Positions 29,981 to 40,053 are shown, numbered from the stretch's first letter. The stretch is 64,000 nucleotides of DNA from an uncultured delta proteobacterium (GCA_963727485.1 CAVSGM010000011.1:96001-160000); one strand, 5' to 3'. Numbers and translations: made by a program. Notes: generated from the letters alone by a model not told the origin.

Positions 29981-31150
29981 TCAGGCGTCGAAGCGCGCCT
30001 CGTCCCGGGCCGGGCCCGCGATCACCCGGTCGAGGACCGCCGGGGCCCCCTGGTAGCTCACCGGCGTGCACTGGATCTCGGCGGTGACCGCGGTGCCGTC
30101 GGCGCGGCGGAAGCGGACGGTCCGGTGGCAGCTCCCGCAGCCGTGCTCCAGGGCCACGTCGTGGCCTCCGGCGAGGGCCGCCCGGTCTTCGGGGAGGACC
30201 AGCTCCTGGATGAGCCGGCCCTCGAGGTCGGCGGCGTCTTCGATCCCCAGGAGGCGCGCGAGGGCGCTGTTGGCGTGGACCAGGCGGCCGTCCCGGTGGA
30301 CCGCCGCGGGCTCCTCGAGGCGGGTCACGAGCTCCAGGAGGCACTGCTCGGTGCTCTCCAGGCGGGTGCGCGCCTCGCGCTCGGCGGTGACGTCGCGCTG
30401 GAGGCCCACGAAGTTGACCAGGGCCCCCTCGGCGTCGAAGACCGGTGAGAGGCGCAGCTCGTTCCAGAAGGGCGTGCCGTCCTTGCGGTAGTTGAGGATC
30501 ACCCGGGTGATCGGCCGGAGGGCGGCGACGGCGTCGCGGATGTCGGCGACGGCGCCCTGGTCGGTGTCCGGGCCCTGGAGGAAGCGGCAGTTGCGCCCGA
30601 TGACCTCGTCGGCCCGGTAGCCGGTGAGCCGCTCGAAGCCCGGGTTCACGAAGACCACGGGGTTGTCCGGGAGGTCGGGGTCGGTGAGGATCGCGCCCCC
30701 GGGGAGCGCCGCGAGGCCGGCGGCGAACTGGGCGTTCTCGCGGATGGCCTGGCGCAGGGTCTCGGAGAGCTCGGCGTTGCGCAGGGCGTGGCGCAGCACG
30801 CACTCGAGGACGTGGGCCTCGAGGCCCTCGCGGCTCACCAGGTCGGCGGGGCCGAGGCGCTCGACGGCGGCGCGCAGGTCCGGGTCGTCGCGGTCGGCGA
30901 GGATGAGCATCGGGCCGCCGCACCCGGCCGCCCGCGCCGCCTCCAGGCTGCCCACGGTGTCGGTGCCGTCCTCGTGGACCACCACGCACACGTCGTAGCA
31001 GGGGATGCCCAGGCAGGGGAGCGCCTCGTCCATGCTCCCGACCCACTCCAGGTCGAAGCGGGTCTCGGGGGCCTGCCGAAGGAGACTCTGGACCTCCCGG
31101 TTCGCTTCGGCGGAAGCGACCACGAGGACGCTGATGGGCAGCTCATCCAT
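29981..31150 (-). CDS. Pseudo-receiver - LOV - PAS photoreceptor
   Basis: DNPVVFVN, GRNCRFLQ, NYRKDGTPFWN, FVGLQRD; second PAS; no output domain. Confidence 0.9.
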   Translation of the reverse strand: MDELPISVLVVASAEANREVQSLLRQAPETRFDLEWVGSMDEALPCLGIPCYDVCVVVHEDGTDTVGSLEAARAAGCGGPMLILADRDDPDLRAAVERLGPADLVSREGLEAHVLECVLRHALRNAELSETLRQAIRENAQFAAGLAALPGGAILTDPDLPDNPVVFVNPGFERLTGYRADEVIGRNCRFLQGPDTDQGAVADIRDAVAALRPITRVILNYRKDGTPFWNELRLSPVFDAEGALVNFVGLQRDVTAEREARTRLESTEQCLLELVTRLEEPAAVHRDGRLVHANSALARLLGIEDAADLEGRLIQELVLPEDRAALAGGHDVALEHGCGSCHRTVRFRRADGTAVTAEIQCTPVSYQGAPAVLDRVIAGPARDEARFDA

Positions 31151-31304
31151 GCCGGCGACGCCTGGGGATCACGGTATTCCGGGCCCGCCTCGGTGCAACG
31201 CGGGATGCACCGGAGCGAGGCGTTCGGGGGGACCTCCAGCCTACCCCCGATCGGGGCCCGGAATCCCGTTTTCCCCAGGTGGGCGCTTGGGCGCCAGGGC
31301 GACT

Positions 31305-32960
31305 ATGCTGCCCGAGGTGACCGCGAACGCCGAGCTCGTGATCCCGGCGCTGCGCCTGGACGTGGCCCTCTTCGGGCTGACCTGCGACCCGGGGGACGCC
31401 GCCGCGGTGGCGCTGGGGACCTTCGTGCCCCGGTGGCTCGCCGACGCCCTGACGCCGGAGGTCGCCGCGGCGGCGGTGCTCCTCCGCAGCCGGAACCACG
31501 CCGCGCCGCGCACCGCCGATCCCGACGACGGCGACCGGCGCCGGGTCCGCGACGCCACCCGGGCGAGGACCCTGGTCTCGGGCTCCGTCGCGGCGGGGGA
31601 CCTCGCCCTCGACCTCGACGAGGGCCGTCGCCGCCGGCGCCTCTGCGAGGTCCCCCTGGAGCCCGGCCACCGGGCCCACGGGGTCGCCGCCGCCCTGGAG
31701 GCGGTCCTCGACCACTTCTGCCCCAAGGGCGCGGCCCCCGGGCGCGCCGACCTCGCCCGCCTCCGGGCGCTGGCCGACGACGCCCTCGCCGACCTGGTGG
31801 CCCTCGCCGAGGACCCGGGGCCGGACCCGGTGGCGCTGGCCCGCCGGGTCGCGGCGGGGGCCCCGGCCCTCGCCCTCACCGTGGCCCTCTGCGGCCGGGT
31901 GGTCCGGAGCCGCCGGGCCCGCGGCGACCTCGCCGGGAGCCTCGCGGTGGCCCGGGCCCTCGCCGAGGCCCGCCCCGACGACGGCCACGCCCAGGCGGCC
32001 CTCGCCGAGGCCCTCGAGGCCTCGGGGGACGCCGCCGCCGCCGCCGAGACCCTGGCCCTGGCCGCCCGCCTCGACCCGGCCGCCGCCCCGCCGCTGACCG
32101 TGGGCCGGGCCTTCGCCGCCGCCGGCGACGCGCCCGAGGCCGCGCGATGGTTCGTCCGGGGCGGGGGGGCCGCGCGCCCCGCCGCCGCCGCCGACAACCT
32201 GGTGGCCCTCGCCGAGCTCCACGCCGCCGCCGGCCGCCCCGGCGAGGCCGAGGCCCGGCTCCGGGAGGCCCTCACCCGGGTCCCCGACCACGCCTGGGCC
32301 CACGCGGACCTCGGGGCCCTCCTCGGGGCCAAGGGGGACCTCGGGGGCATGGTGAAGGCGCTGGAGGCGGGCCTCGGCGGCCTCCCACCCGACGATCGGG
32401 ACCGCCTGGTCGACGCCGCCTCCGACCGCCTCCTCGCCGCCGGGGACGTCGGGGGCCTCCTCGCCGTCGCCGCCGCCGCCACCGCCGACGGCCACTCGTC
32501 CCCGGTCACCGCCGGCGCCTACGCGGTGGGGGTCCTGCGCACCCGGGGCGGGGACCTCCGCAGGGCCCTGGTGCTCCTGCGCCCCCACCTCGGCGCCGAC
32601 CTCCCCGGCGAGATCGCCGGGCCCCTCAAGAGCCTCTTCGCCGACGTCGCCTGCCGGCTGGCCGACGCCGCCCCGGACCCCGAGGCCCGGGCGGTGCTCC
32701 ACCGGGCGGTGGAGGTCGCCCCGGACCACGGCGACGCGCGGCTGCGCCTGGGGCGCCTGCTTTTGGCCGCCGGCCGGAGCGGCGAGGCGCTCACGGTGCT
32801 CCAGCCGGCCCCGGGTCTCCCCGGCGGCGGTGAGCGCGCCTGGGCCGAGCTCGCCCGGGCCCACCTCGCCGAGGGGCGCGAGGACCTCGCCGCCGTCGCC
32901 GCCGAGCGCGCCGGCAAGGCCGCCAAGGCCTACCCGGAGCTCCGGCGCCTCGGCCGGTGA
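31305..32960 (+). CDS. TPR-repeat protein
   Basis: Ala-rich helical repeats with PDHAWAHADLG and PDHGDARLRLG TPR turns. Confidence 0.65.
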   Translation: MLPEVTANAELVIPALRLDVALFGLTCDPGDAAAVALGTFVPRWLADALTPEVAAAAVLLRSRNHAAPRTADPDDGDRRRVRDATRARTLVSGSVAAGDLALDLDEGRRRRRLCEVPLEPGHRAHGVAAALEAVLDHFCPKGAAPGRADLARLRALADDALADLVALAEDPGPDPVALARRVAAGAPALALTVALCGRVVRSRRARGDLAGSLAVARALAEARPDDGHAQAALAEALEASGDAAAAAETLALAARLDPAAAPPLTVGRAFAAAGDAPEAARWFVRGGGAARPAAAADNLVALAELHAAAGRPGEAEARLREALTRVPDHAWAHADLGALLGAKGDLGGMVKALEAGLGGLPPDDRDRLVDAASDRLLAAGDVGGLLAVAAAATADGHSSPVTAGAYAVGVLRTRGGDLRRALVLLRPHLGADLPGEIAGPLKSLFADVACRLADAAPDPEARAVLHRAVEVAPDHGDARLRLGRLLLAAGRSGEALTVLQPAPGLPGGGERAWAELARAHLAEGREDLAAVAAERAGKAAKAYPELRRLGR

Positions 32961-32984
32961 CCGCGGGTCGCCGCCCGCGGTGTC

Positions 32985-34041
32985 CTACCGGATGAGCGCC
33001 TCGGCCCCGCGCTCCATGGCGCCGATGCGCCCGCCGACGCCGGTGGCCTCGACCACCTGCTCCCAGATGGGCGCCGCCAGGGCCCGGGCCTTCGCCGCCC
33101 CGGCGTTCAGGATCTCCGCCACCGCCTCGGGGTCCGCCTCGAGCTCGGCGCGTCTTGCCCGCGCCGGCCCGAAGACCTCGAGGTACCGCTCGAAGAGGCG
33201 CTTCTTGTAGCTCCCGTACCCGACGCCCCCCTCGGCCCAGGTCCGCTTGTGCTCGGCGGCCTCGTCGGCCTCGCAGAGGAGCACCAAAAGCGCCAGCAGC
33301 GGCGAGCCGGCGGGCTTGGGCGCCTCCACCGGGGTGGAGTCGGTCTTCATGCCCATGATCCGCTTGCGCAGGGGCTTCTCGGCCTCGAAGAGGGGCAGGG
33401 TGTTGTCGTAGCTCTTGGACATCTTCTGCCCGTCGAGGCCCGGCACCACCGCGGCCTGCTCCAGGATCAGCGACTCGGGGAGCTTGAGGATCCCGGGAAC
33501 CCCGTTGCCCTTGCCCTCGGCGTCGGCGGGATTCCCACCCGGGGACGAAGGCGAGGTTGAACTTGGCGGCGATGTCCCGGGCGTACTCCAGGTGCTGCTT
33601 CTGGTCCTGGCCCACGGGCACCGCGTCGGAGCCGTAGAGCAGGATGTCCGCGGCCATGAGCACCGGGTAGAAGAGGAGCCCCGAGTTGGGGGCGATGCCC
33701 TTGGCGAGCTTGTCCTTGTAGCTGTGCCCGCGCTCCAGGAGGCCCACCGGGGTCACCGTGGAGAGGATCCAGGCGAGCATGGGGATCTCGGGGACGTCGC
33801 TCTGGCGGAAGAGGATCGCCCGCTCGGGATCGAGGCCGAGCGCCAGGTAGTCCAGCGCCACGTCCAGGGACGCCTGGCGCAGGCGCGCCGGGTCCCGGAC
33901 GGTGGTCAGGGCGTGGAGGTCGGCGATGAAGTACAGGGCCTCGTCCGCCTCGTCCTGGTACTGCACGAACTGGCGGAGGGCCCCGAGGTAGTTGCCCAGG
34001 TGGAGCTTCCCGGAGGACTGGACGCCCGAGAGGATTCGCAT
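32985..34041 (-). CDS. trpS: Tryptophan--tRNA ligase (apparent +1 frameshift at ~33532)
   Basis: SGVQSSG.LHLGNY, YPVLMAADIL, VPVGQDQKQHLE in one frame; PGLDGQKMSKS in the next. Confidence 0.93.
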
Positions 34042-34124
34042 GGCGGGGGAGGTACCATCCGGCGCCGGGGGCGGCAACTCCGGGGGCAGCGGGACGCGCC
34101 GGCGCGGCGGCCCTCCCGGCGCGG

Positions 34125-35375
34125 CTAGAGCAGCAGCAGGCTCGCGTCCTCGACCACCTGGAGGCAGAAGAGCGCGTAGAGCAGCGCCCAGGTGTCGCGC
34201 CGGTCGAGCCAGCCCTCGGCGGAGAGGTCGGCGACGGTGCGGGTGCCGTCGAGGCGCGCCACCACCTGGGCCTGGGGGCCGGTCAGGGGCAGGTCGTAGA
34301 GCTCGTAGGCGGGGGCCGGCGCCGGGGCGAGGCGCAGGTGGCCGGGGAGGAGGTCCCGGAGCACCGGCAGGGTCAGGGTGTGGACCCCCTCGAGGACCAG
34401 GTCGGTGGGGAAGATGTCGAGGCGCACCGGCTCGGCCTCGGCCTGGCGCTGGAAGGTCATCCGCCAGGTGCCCTCGCGCCAGGGAAAGAGGCTGAAGAGG
34501 ATGCCCTTGACCTGCCGGGTCACCAGGGCCCGGTGCCGCGCCCGGGAGAGGAGCCCGCGCCCGAGGAGCACCCGGTCGATGCGCTCCCCCCGCTCGCTGG
34601 CCTCCTCGGCGGCGGCGCGGATGGCCGCCTCGTCGAGGGCGCCCTGGCGCAGGAGCAGCTCGTCGAAGCGGTCCCGGCGCAGGTTGCTGGCGCCGAAGGC
34701 CGGGAGCCCCTCGTGGAAGTAGATGACCTTGCGCACCTTGCCGCGCTGGAGGTGGAGCTCGCCGGTCTCCCGGCTCACGTGGAAGGCGTTGAGCAGCCGC
34801 GGCACCGAGTGCTCGGCGAGGCTCCCGGAGGGGCCCGGGCTCGCCTTCGGGGGCTCGACCTCGGGGGCCTTCTCGGCCTGGGCGCGCAGGGCCGCCTCGA
34901 GGCCCGCCTCCGGGGGATCGAAGACGTAGTCCTGGGGCGTGCCCTCGACGGGGACCGCCTCCAGGCGCACCACCTGGTCGGGGTCGTAGGCCGGGGCCGG
35001 CGCCGGGGTGGCGTCGGGGATCAGCGCCTGGAGGCGTGCGAGGACCTCGGGGAGGTGGAAGGGCTTGTCGAAGAAGGCGTCGAGGAGGCCCCGGGACAGG
35101 GCGTCGCGCACCGAGGGGTCCTGGCGGAACACCCCGGAGATGCCCACCACCGCCGGGCGGGTGGGGAGGCGGCCGGCGGCCTCGGCGACGGCGAAGCCCA
35201 GGCCGTCGGGGAGGAGCAGGTCGAGGAGGATGCCGCCGGGGGCCGCGGCGGTGAGGGCGGCGAGGGCCTCGTCCACCCGGCGCGCCACCCGGACCTCGTA
35301 GCCGGCGTCCTCGAGGGCGGCGGCGAGGAGGCGGCCGAGCTCGGCCTGGTCCTCGACGATGAGCAGAGTGGGCAC
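34125..35375 (-). CDS. Response regulator with DUF4388/PATAN-like C-terminal domain
   Basis: LIVEDQ..LLDLLLPDG..KPF receiver; GSL..SVPRLL..ETGEL.L..KVIYF.EG.P..ASN, LFPWREG. Confidence 0.8.
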   Translation of the reverse strand: MPTLLIVEDQAELGRLLAAALEDAGYEVRVARRVDEALAALTAAAPGGILLDLLLPDGLGFAVAEAAGRLPTRPAVVGISGVFRQDPSVRDALSRGLLDAFFDKPFHLPEVLARLQALIPDATPAPAPAYDPDQVVRLEAVPVEGTPQDYVFDPPEAGLEAALRAQAEKAPEVEPPKASPGPSGSLAEHSVPRLLNAFHVSRETGELHLQRGKVRKVIYFHEGLPAFGASNLRRDRFDELLLRQGALDEAAIRAAAEEASERGERIDRVLLGRGLLSRARHRALVTRQVKGILFSLFPWREGTWRMTFQRQAEAEPVRLDIFPTDLVLEGVHTLTLPVLRDLLPGHLRLAPAPAPAYELYDLPLTGPQAQVVARLDGTRTVADLSAEGWLDRRDTWALLYALFCLQVVEDASLLLL

Positions 35376-35450
35376 CGCCAAAGGATACGGGAGGCCCCGC
35401 GGCGACGACAGCGCTTTGGCCGGCGGCGGCGACCGGGCTACCGTGGGGCC

Positions 35451-36310
35451 GTGCCCAAGGAACCCGCCCAGGTCACCGGCGTCCCCGACCCCCGCCGCGC
35501 CATCGAGCGCACCCCCACGGTGACCTGCGTGGTGCACCGCACCATGGACGGTGCCCCCGGGGCGGCGGCGGACGATCGCCTGGCCGTGGAGGCGCCCCTG
35601 GAGATCCGCCTCGACGACGCCCCGGTGGCGGTGGTCATGCGCACCCCCGGCGCCGACTTCGAGCTCGCCGCGGGGTTCCTCTTCTCCGAGGGGCTCGTCG
35701 CCTCGGCGGCCGACGTCGCCGGCATCGCCTGGTGCCGCGAGCCCGGCCAGACGGGCCCCACCAACGTGGTCTCGATGGCGACCCCGGACCGCCGGGGCCC
35801 GCGGGTGGTCGGCGATCGGCGCCGGGTGGTGACCACCACCAGCGCCTGCGGCCTCTGTGGCCGGGTGACCCTCGACGAGGTCCACCGGCGCCTGGCGCCG
35901 CTCGCGCCGCCGCCACCGCTCACCCTCGCCGACCTCGAGGCCGCCCAGGCGGCGCTCCGGGACGCCCAGCCCCGCTTCGCCGACACCGGGAGCGTCCACG
36001 GCGCCGCGCTCCTCGCCGGCGACGGAGCCCGGGTCGCCTGCTTCGAGGACATAGGCCGGCACAACGCCGTGGACAAGTGCGTGGGGCGGATGCTCCTCGG
36101 GGAGCGCCTGCCGCTGGCCGGCCACCTGCTGGTGGTCAGCGGCCGGGTGAGCTTCGAGATCGTCCAGAAGGCGGCGGTGGCCGGCATCCCGGCGGTGTGC
36201 GCCGTGGGCGGGGCCACCAGCCTGGCGGTGGACCTCGCCCGGGAGGCCGGGATGCTCCTCGCCGGGTTCGTGCGCGACGGCCGGGCGACGGTGTACGCCG
36301 GGGTGCTGGC

Positions 36311-36314
<4 letters not shown>
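35451..36314 (+). CDS. fdhD: Formate dehydrogenase accessory sulfurtransferase
   Basis: [57 protein letters not shown]. Confidence 0.95.
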
Positions 36315-36938
<624 letters not shown>

Positions 36939-36964
36939 GGCCCACCTATAGCCCGGGCGCGGGC

Positions 36965-36998
36965 AAAAAAAAGCCCCGCAAGCCGAAGCTTGCGGGGC
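36965..36998 (-). terminator. Intrinsic terminator, copy 1
   Basis: GCCCCGCAAGC-UUCG-GCUUGCGGGGC followed by U8 on the minus strand. Confidence 0.93.
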
Positions 36999-37334
36999 CT
37001 GGGGGACCTGGCCAGGCCGGGGGAGTACCGACCAGATCCACATCGGAGAGGGACCCCACGGTTGCCCGTGGGGCTCGTCCACGCCTCGACCGGGGGGGGA
37101 ACGAGGCGGACGAAAAGGTGGCGCAGCCTGGAGAGAAGGGCGACCCGGGCCGGGTGCCGGGGGGAGGTTCACCGGCCCGGGTCATCCCAAAGACGCTGAC
37201 TCGGCCGGTCGTGCTTGGACCGACGCGAATCCGTACGACCTGGGAAGAGCCGGCACGCACCGCTGTGCGTGCGAAGGGGGGGACCGACGTGCCGGATACC
37301 CAGGTAACTGCGCCATTTCGTATTCGGTTTTCGC
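36965..37334 (-). ncRNA. Putative ~370-nt structured ncRNA with C-rich loops, copy 1
   Basis: Lies between a sigma-54-like promoter and an intrinsic terminator; several helices conserved with copy 2 through compensatory and G-U changes; no conserved ORF. Confidence 0.8.
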
Positions 37335-37344
37335 AAGGAGAGAA

Positions 37345-37360
37345 TACAAGCGCGGTGCCA
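37345..37360 (-). promoter_or_regulatory. Sigma-54-like promoter, copy 1
   Basis: TGGCAC-CGCGC-TTGTA; -12 element has GT instead of GC. Confidence 0.7.
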
Positions 37361-37633
37361 ACTCGAGCCTCCGCCCGGCAGCGCGCCAATGGCCAGTCTT
37401 TTCAGGGCCTTGCGGCCCAGGCCGGGAGATGCCCCGGGGGCGGATCCGAATGCAGATCTGCAGTCTGGCCACGGATCCGTTGCGAGGCGGAAAAGCCATC
37501 GTCATTCCAGGTGCTTGCGTCGAATTCCGGCGCTCCGCTCCCGCTGGAATCGTTCCAGTATGGCAAAAAACCGAGCCTTGACGCGGACTTGGGGATGGCT
37601 TGCACCGCTGAAAGTTCCCGGGCGGGCGCGGAC

Positions 37634-37667
37634 AAAAAAAAGCCCCGCAAGCCGAAGCTTGCGGGGC
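37634..37667 (-). terminator. Intrinsic terminator, copy 2
   Basis: Identical UUCG hairpin plus U8. Confidence 0.93.
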
Positions 37668-38006
37668 CTGGGGGACCTGGCCAGGCCGGGGGAGTACCGA
37701 CCAAGTCCACACCATCGAGGCGCCCCACAGTGACCCGTGGGGCTCGTCCGCTCCTCGACCGGGGGGGAGACCGAGGGGGACGAATGGGGGGCGCAGCGTG
37801 AGAAAGGAGGGAGACCCGGACCGGGTGCCGGGGGGAGGTTCACCGGTCCGGGTCATCCCAGGTACAGCGGCTCGGCCGGTCGTACTTGGACCGACGCGAA
37901 ACCGTAATGCCTGGGAAAATCCGGCACGCACCGCTGTTGATGTGCGAGGGGGGGACCGGCGTGCCGGGAACCCAGACAACTGCGCCATTTCGTATTCGGT
38001 TTTCGC
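37634..38006 (-). ncRNA. Putative ~373-nt structured ncRNA with C-rich loops, copy 2
   Basis: Paralog of copy 1 with the same promoter, terminator and helices. Confidence 0.8.
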
Positions 38007-38016
38007 GAGGAGAGAA

Positions 38017-38032
38017 TACAAGGGCGATGCCA
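38017..38032 (-). promoter_or_regulatory. Sigma-54-like promoter, copy 2
   Basis: TGGCAT-CGCCC-TTGTA at the same position as in copy 1. Confidence 0.7.
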
Positions 38033-38340
38033 ACTTGGGTCGGCCCGGAAGCAAGACCCCAATATCCAATTCTTTCAGGCGCTTGTGGTCGTGTCCGGAG
38101 GATGCCCCAGGGGCTGATCTGGATGCACATGTGCAGTCTGGCCCCGAGAGGTTTTCCAATACGAAAAAACGTAGTTATCAAGGGGCATTGAGTGTCATTC
38201 AGCGATTCCACTCCCAGCGGAATTGCTGCAGTGTGGCGAAAAACCCTGTCCTGATGCGTCTCTGGTGGGCCCTTGCACCCATGCAAGGTCCCTTCAGATC
38301 TGCAAGGCTTCCCGGGGCCCGTGGGGGCCCGCCCGCTGCC

Positions 38341-38961
38341 TCAGGCGCCGGCCCGCTCGTAGACCAGCCGGTAGACCGGCGTCCCCGTGGCCAGGTACCG
38401 CCGCTCCCGGTTCGAGGGGACCCCCAGGCCGTCGTCGGCGGTGAAGGTCCCGGGCCCCGACCGGTTCTCGAAGGGGGCCGCCCCGTCCTCGAAGGCCTCA
38501 ATCATGGCCCGGGCGTAGTCGAGGATGTCCGTGCGCAGGTAGACCCGGCCTCCGGGCCGGAGGAGCACGCCCATCATCCGCACCATCGGTGGGTCCACCA
38601 GCCGCCGCTTGTGGTGGCGCTTCTTCCACCAGGGGTCCGGGAACTGCACGTGGAAGGCGTCCACCGACCCCGGGGTGAAGAGGGTGGGCAGCAGGCGCCT
38701 CGCGTCCCCGCGCATGGCCAACACGTTCCCCAGCGCCCGGCGCTCGGCCTTCCGCACCGCCCCGGCGGCGAGCTTCGCCCGGAACTCCAGGCCCACCAGG
38801 TCGACCTCGGGGTGGGCGGCGGCGTAGTCCAGGAGGAAGTGGCCGTAGCCGAAGCCAATCTCCACCTGGAGGGGGGCGACCCGGCCGAAGCGCGCGGCCC
38901 AGTCCTCCCGGAGGTCGACGGCCAGGGGGCCGGTGGCGAAGGGGTCGTGGCGCTGGGGCAT
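38341..38961 (-). CDS. trmB: tRNA (guanine-N7)-methyltransferase
   Basis: EIGFGYG, GLE, FPDPWWKKRHHKRRL, LRTD. Confidence 0.92.
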   Translation of the reverse strand: MPQRHDPFATGPLAVDLREDWAARFGRVAPLQVEIGFGYGHFLLDYAAAHPEVDLVGLEFRAKLAAGAVRKAERRALGNVLAMRGDARRLLPTLFTPGSVDAFHVQFPDPWWKKRHHKRRLVDPPMVRMMGVLLRPGGRVYLRTDILDYARAMIEAFEDGAAPFENRSGPGTFTADDGLGVPSNRERRYLATGTPVYRLVYERAGA

Positions 38962-39203
38962 GGGGCGGTCGGCGGATGGCGCGCGGGGGCGGGGCGGCGG
39001 ATGATAGCGGGGCCCCCGGGAAATGTCCCGGGGACCGGTCGCGTACCGCCGCAGGTCGCCCGGTCAGATCGCCCGCCGGGGGTGCGTCCGCCGGCCACAT
39101 GCGCCATCTTGAGACTGAATTGACACTCGGCGTCGCGCGTTGCTACCACGAACCACCGGTGGCGGCGGGGCGGGGCCCCACCCGGATCAGGGGATAATCG
39201 CCC

Positions 39204-39995
39204 ATGTGGCAGAGAATGAAGCGCGTCGTCCGCTCCTTCGCCAACTTCTTCATCTCGGTGGCCGAGGACCCGGAGCTCATCCTGGAGCAGAACATCCGGG
39301 ACATGAACGACGAGGTCCCCAAGATGAACGAGTCCATCGCCATGGTCCGGGCGAACGTGACCCTCCTGGAGAAGGAGCAGGCGCGCTACCAGACCGAGAT
39401 CAACGAGACCACCAGCAAGGTCAAGGCGGCGATCAAGGCCGACCGGGACGATCTCGCCGCCAGCTACGCCATCAACCTCGAGCACAACCAGAAGGCCCTG
39501 GCCCGGAGCCAGGGCCAGCTCGAGGCCGCCAAGAGCGCCTACGAGAAGGCGCTCCAGCTCAAGCGGGCGTTCATGCGCGAGAAGGAGCGCAAGACCCGCG
39601 ACGCCCTCGAGGCCATCCGCGCCCACAAGCGGGCCCAGTGGCAGGCCAAGGTCGCCAGCACCCTCGAGTCCTTCGAGATCGGCGGCCTCGACCAGGGCCA
39701 CGACGACATGATCCGCCGCATCGAGGAGAAGACGGCGGTGAACGAGGCCCGGATGGAGATGGCCCTCGACGGCCTCGACCGGGACCGGCTCCAGATCGAG
39801 GAGGACGCCGAGCGGATCCGCGCCGAGGAGGTGGTCCGCCAGCTCAAGCTGGAGATGGGCGACGACGGCACCGACGCCAGCCACCAGCTCGGCAGCGGCG
39901 AGGCCACGCGCCTCGCCAGCGTCAAGGCCGCCGACGAGGCGGCCGAGGACACCGAGGCGGCGGTTCCCGCCGAGCCCAAGGCCGAGGCCAAGTGA
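39204..39995 (+). CDS. PspA/IM30 family protein
   Basis: MWQRMKRVVRS amphipathic start, EDPELILEQ.IRDM, long coiled coil, RRIEEK. Confidence 0.85.
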   Translation: MWQRMKRVVRSFANFFISVAEDPELILEQNIRDMNDEVPKMNESIAMVRANVTLLEKEQARYQTEINETTSKVKAAIKADRDDLAASYAINLEHNQKALARSQGQLEAAKSAYEKALQLKRAFMREKERKTRDALEAIRAHKRAQWQAKVASTLESFEIGGLDQGHDDMIRRIEEKTAVNEARMEMALDGLDRDRLQIEEDAERIRAEEVVRQLKLEMGDDGTDASHQLGSGEATRLASVKAADEAAEDTEAAVPAEPKAEAK

Positions 39996-40053
39996 TCCAC
40001 GGGAGGCGCGGGGTGGCCGTCGCCAGCGCGCGGCGCCCCCACGCGGCACACCG

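Larger units (their letters stand above)
36955..38292. repeat. Tandem direct duplication, two ~669-bp units (about 36955-37620 and 37624-38292)
   Basis: Near-identical 3' blocks (36964 vs 37633) and collinear conserved blocks through the promoter region. Confidence 0.95.

Noticed and set aside
27006..31046. 1346-aa ORF as one giant protein
   Set aside because: Only the 3' part from ATG 28958 is protein-like; the rest overlaps the DUF72 and LOV genes
36946..38286. ORFs in the duplicated region (e.g. 37182..38159 minus with MAQL.G.PARRSPP twice; 37118..37801 plus)
   Set aside because: Frames diverge by indels between copies, codon bias is poor and substitutions conserve base pairing rather than amino acids
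36955..38292. Reading the repeat as CRISPR, tRNA/tmRNA/RNase P/6S, or a plus-strand CsrB-like GGA sponge
   Set aside because: Only two long units and no cas genes; no recognisable signatures of those RNAs; terminator U-tract, UUCG/GCAA loops and promoter all orient to the minus strand
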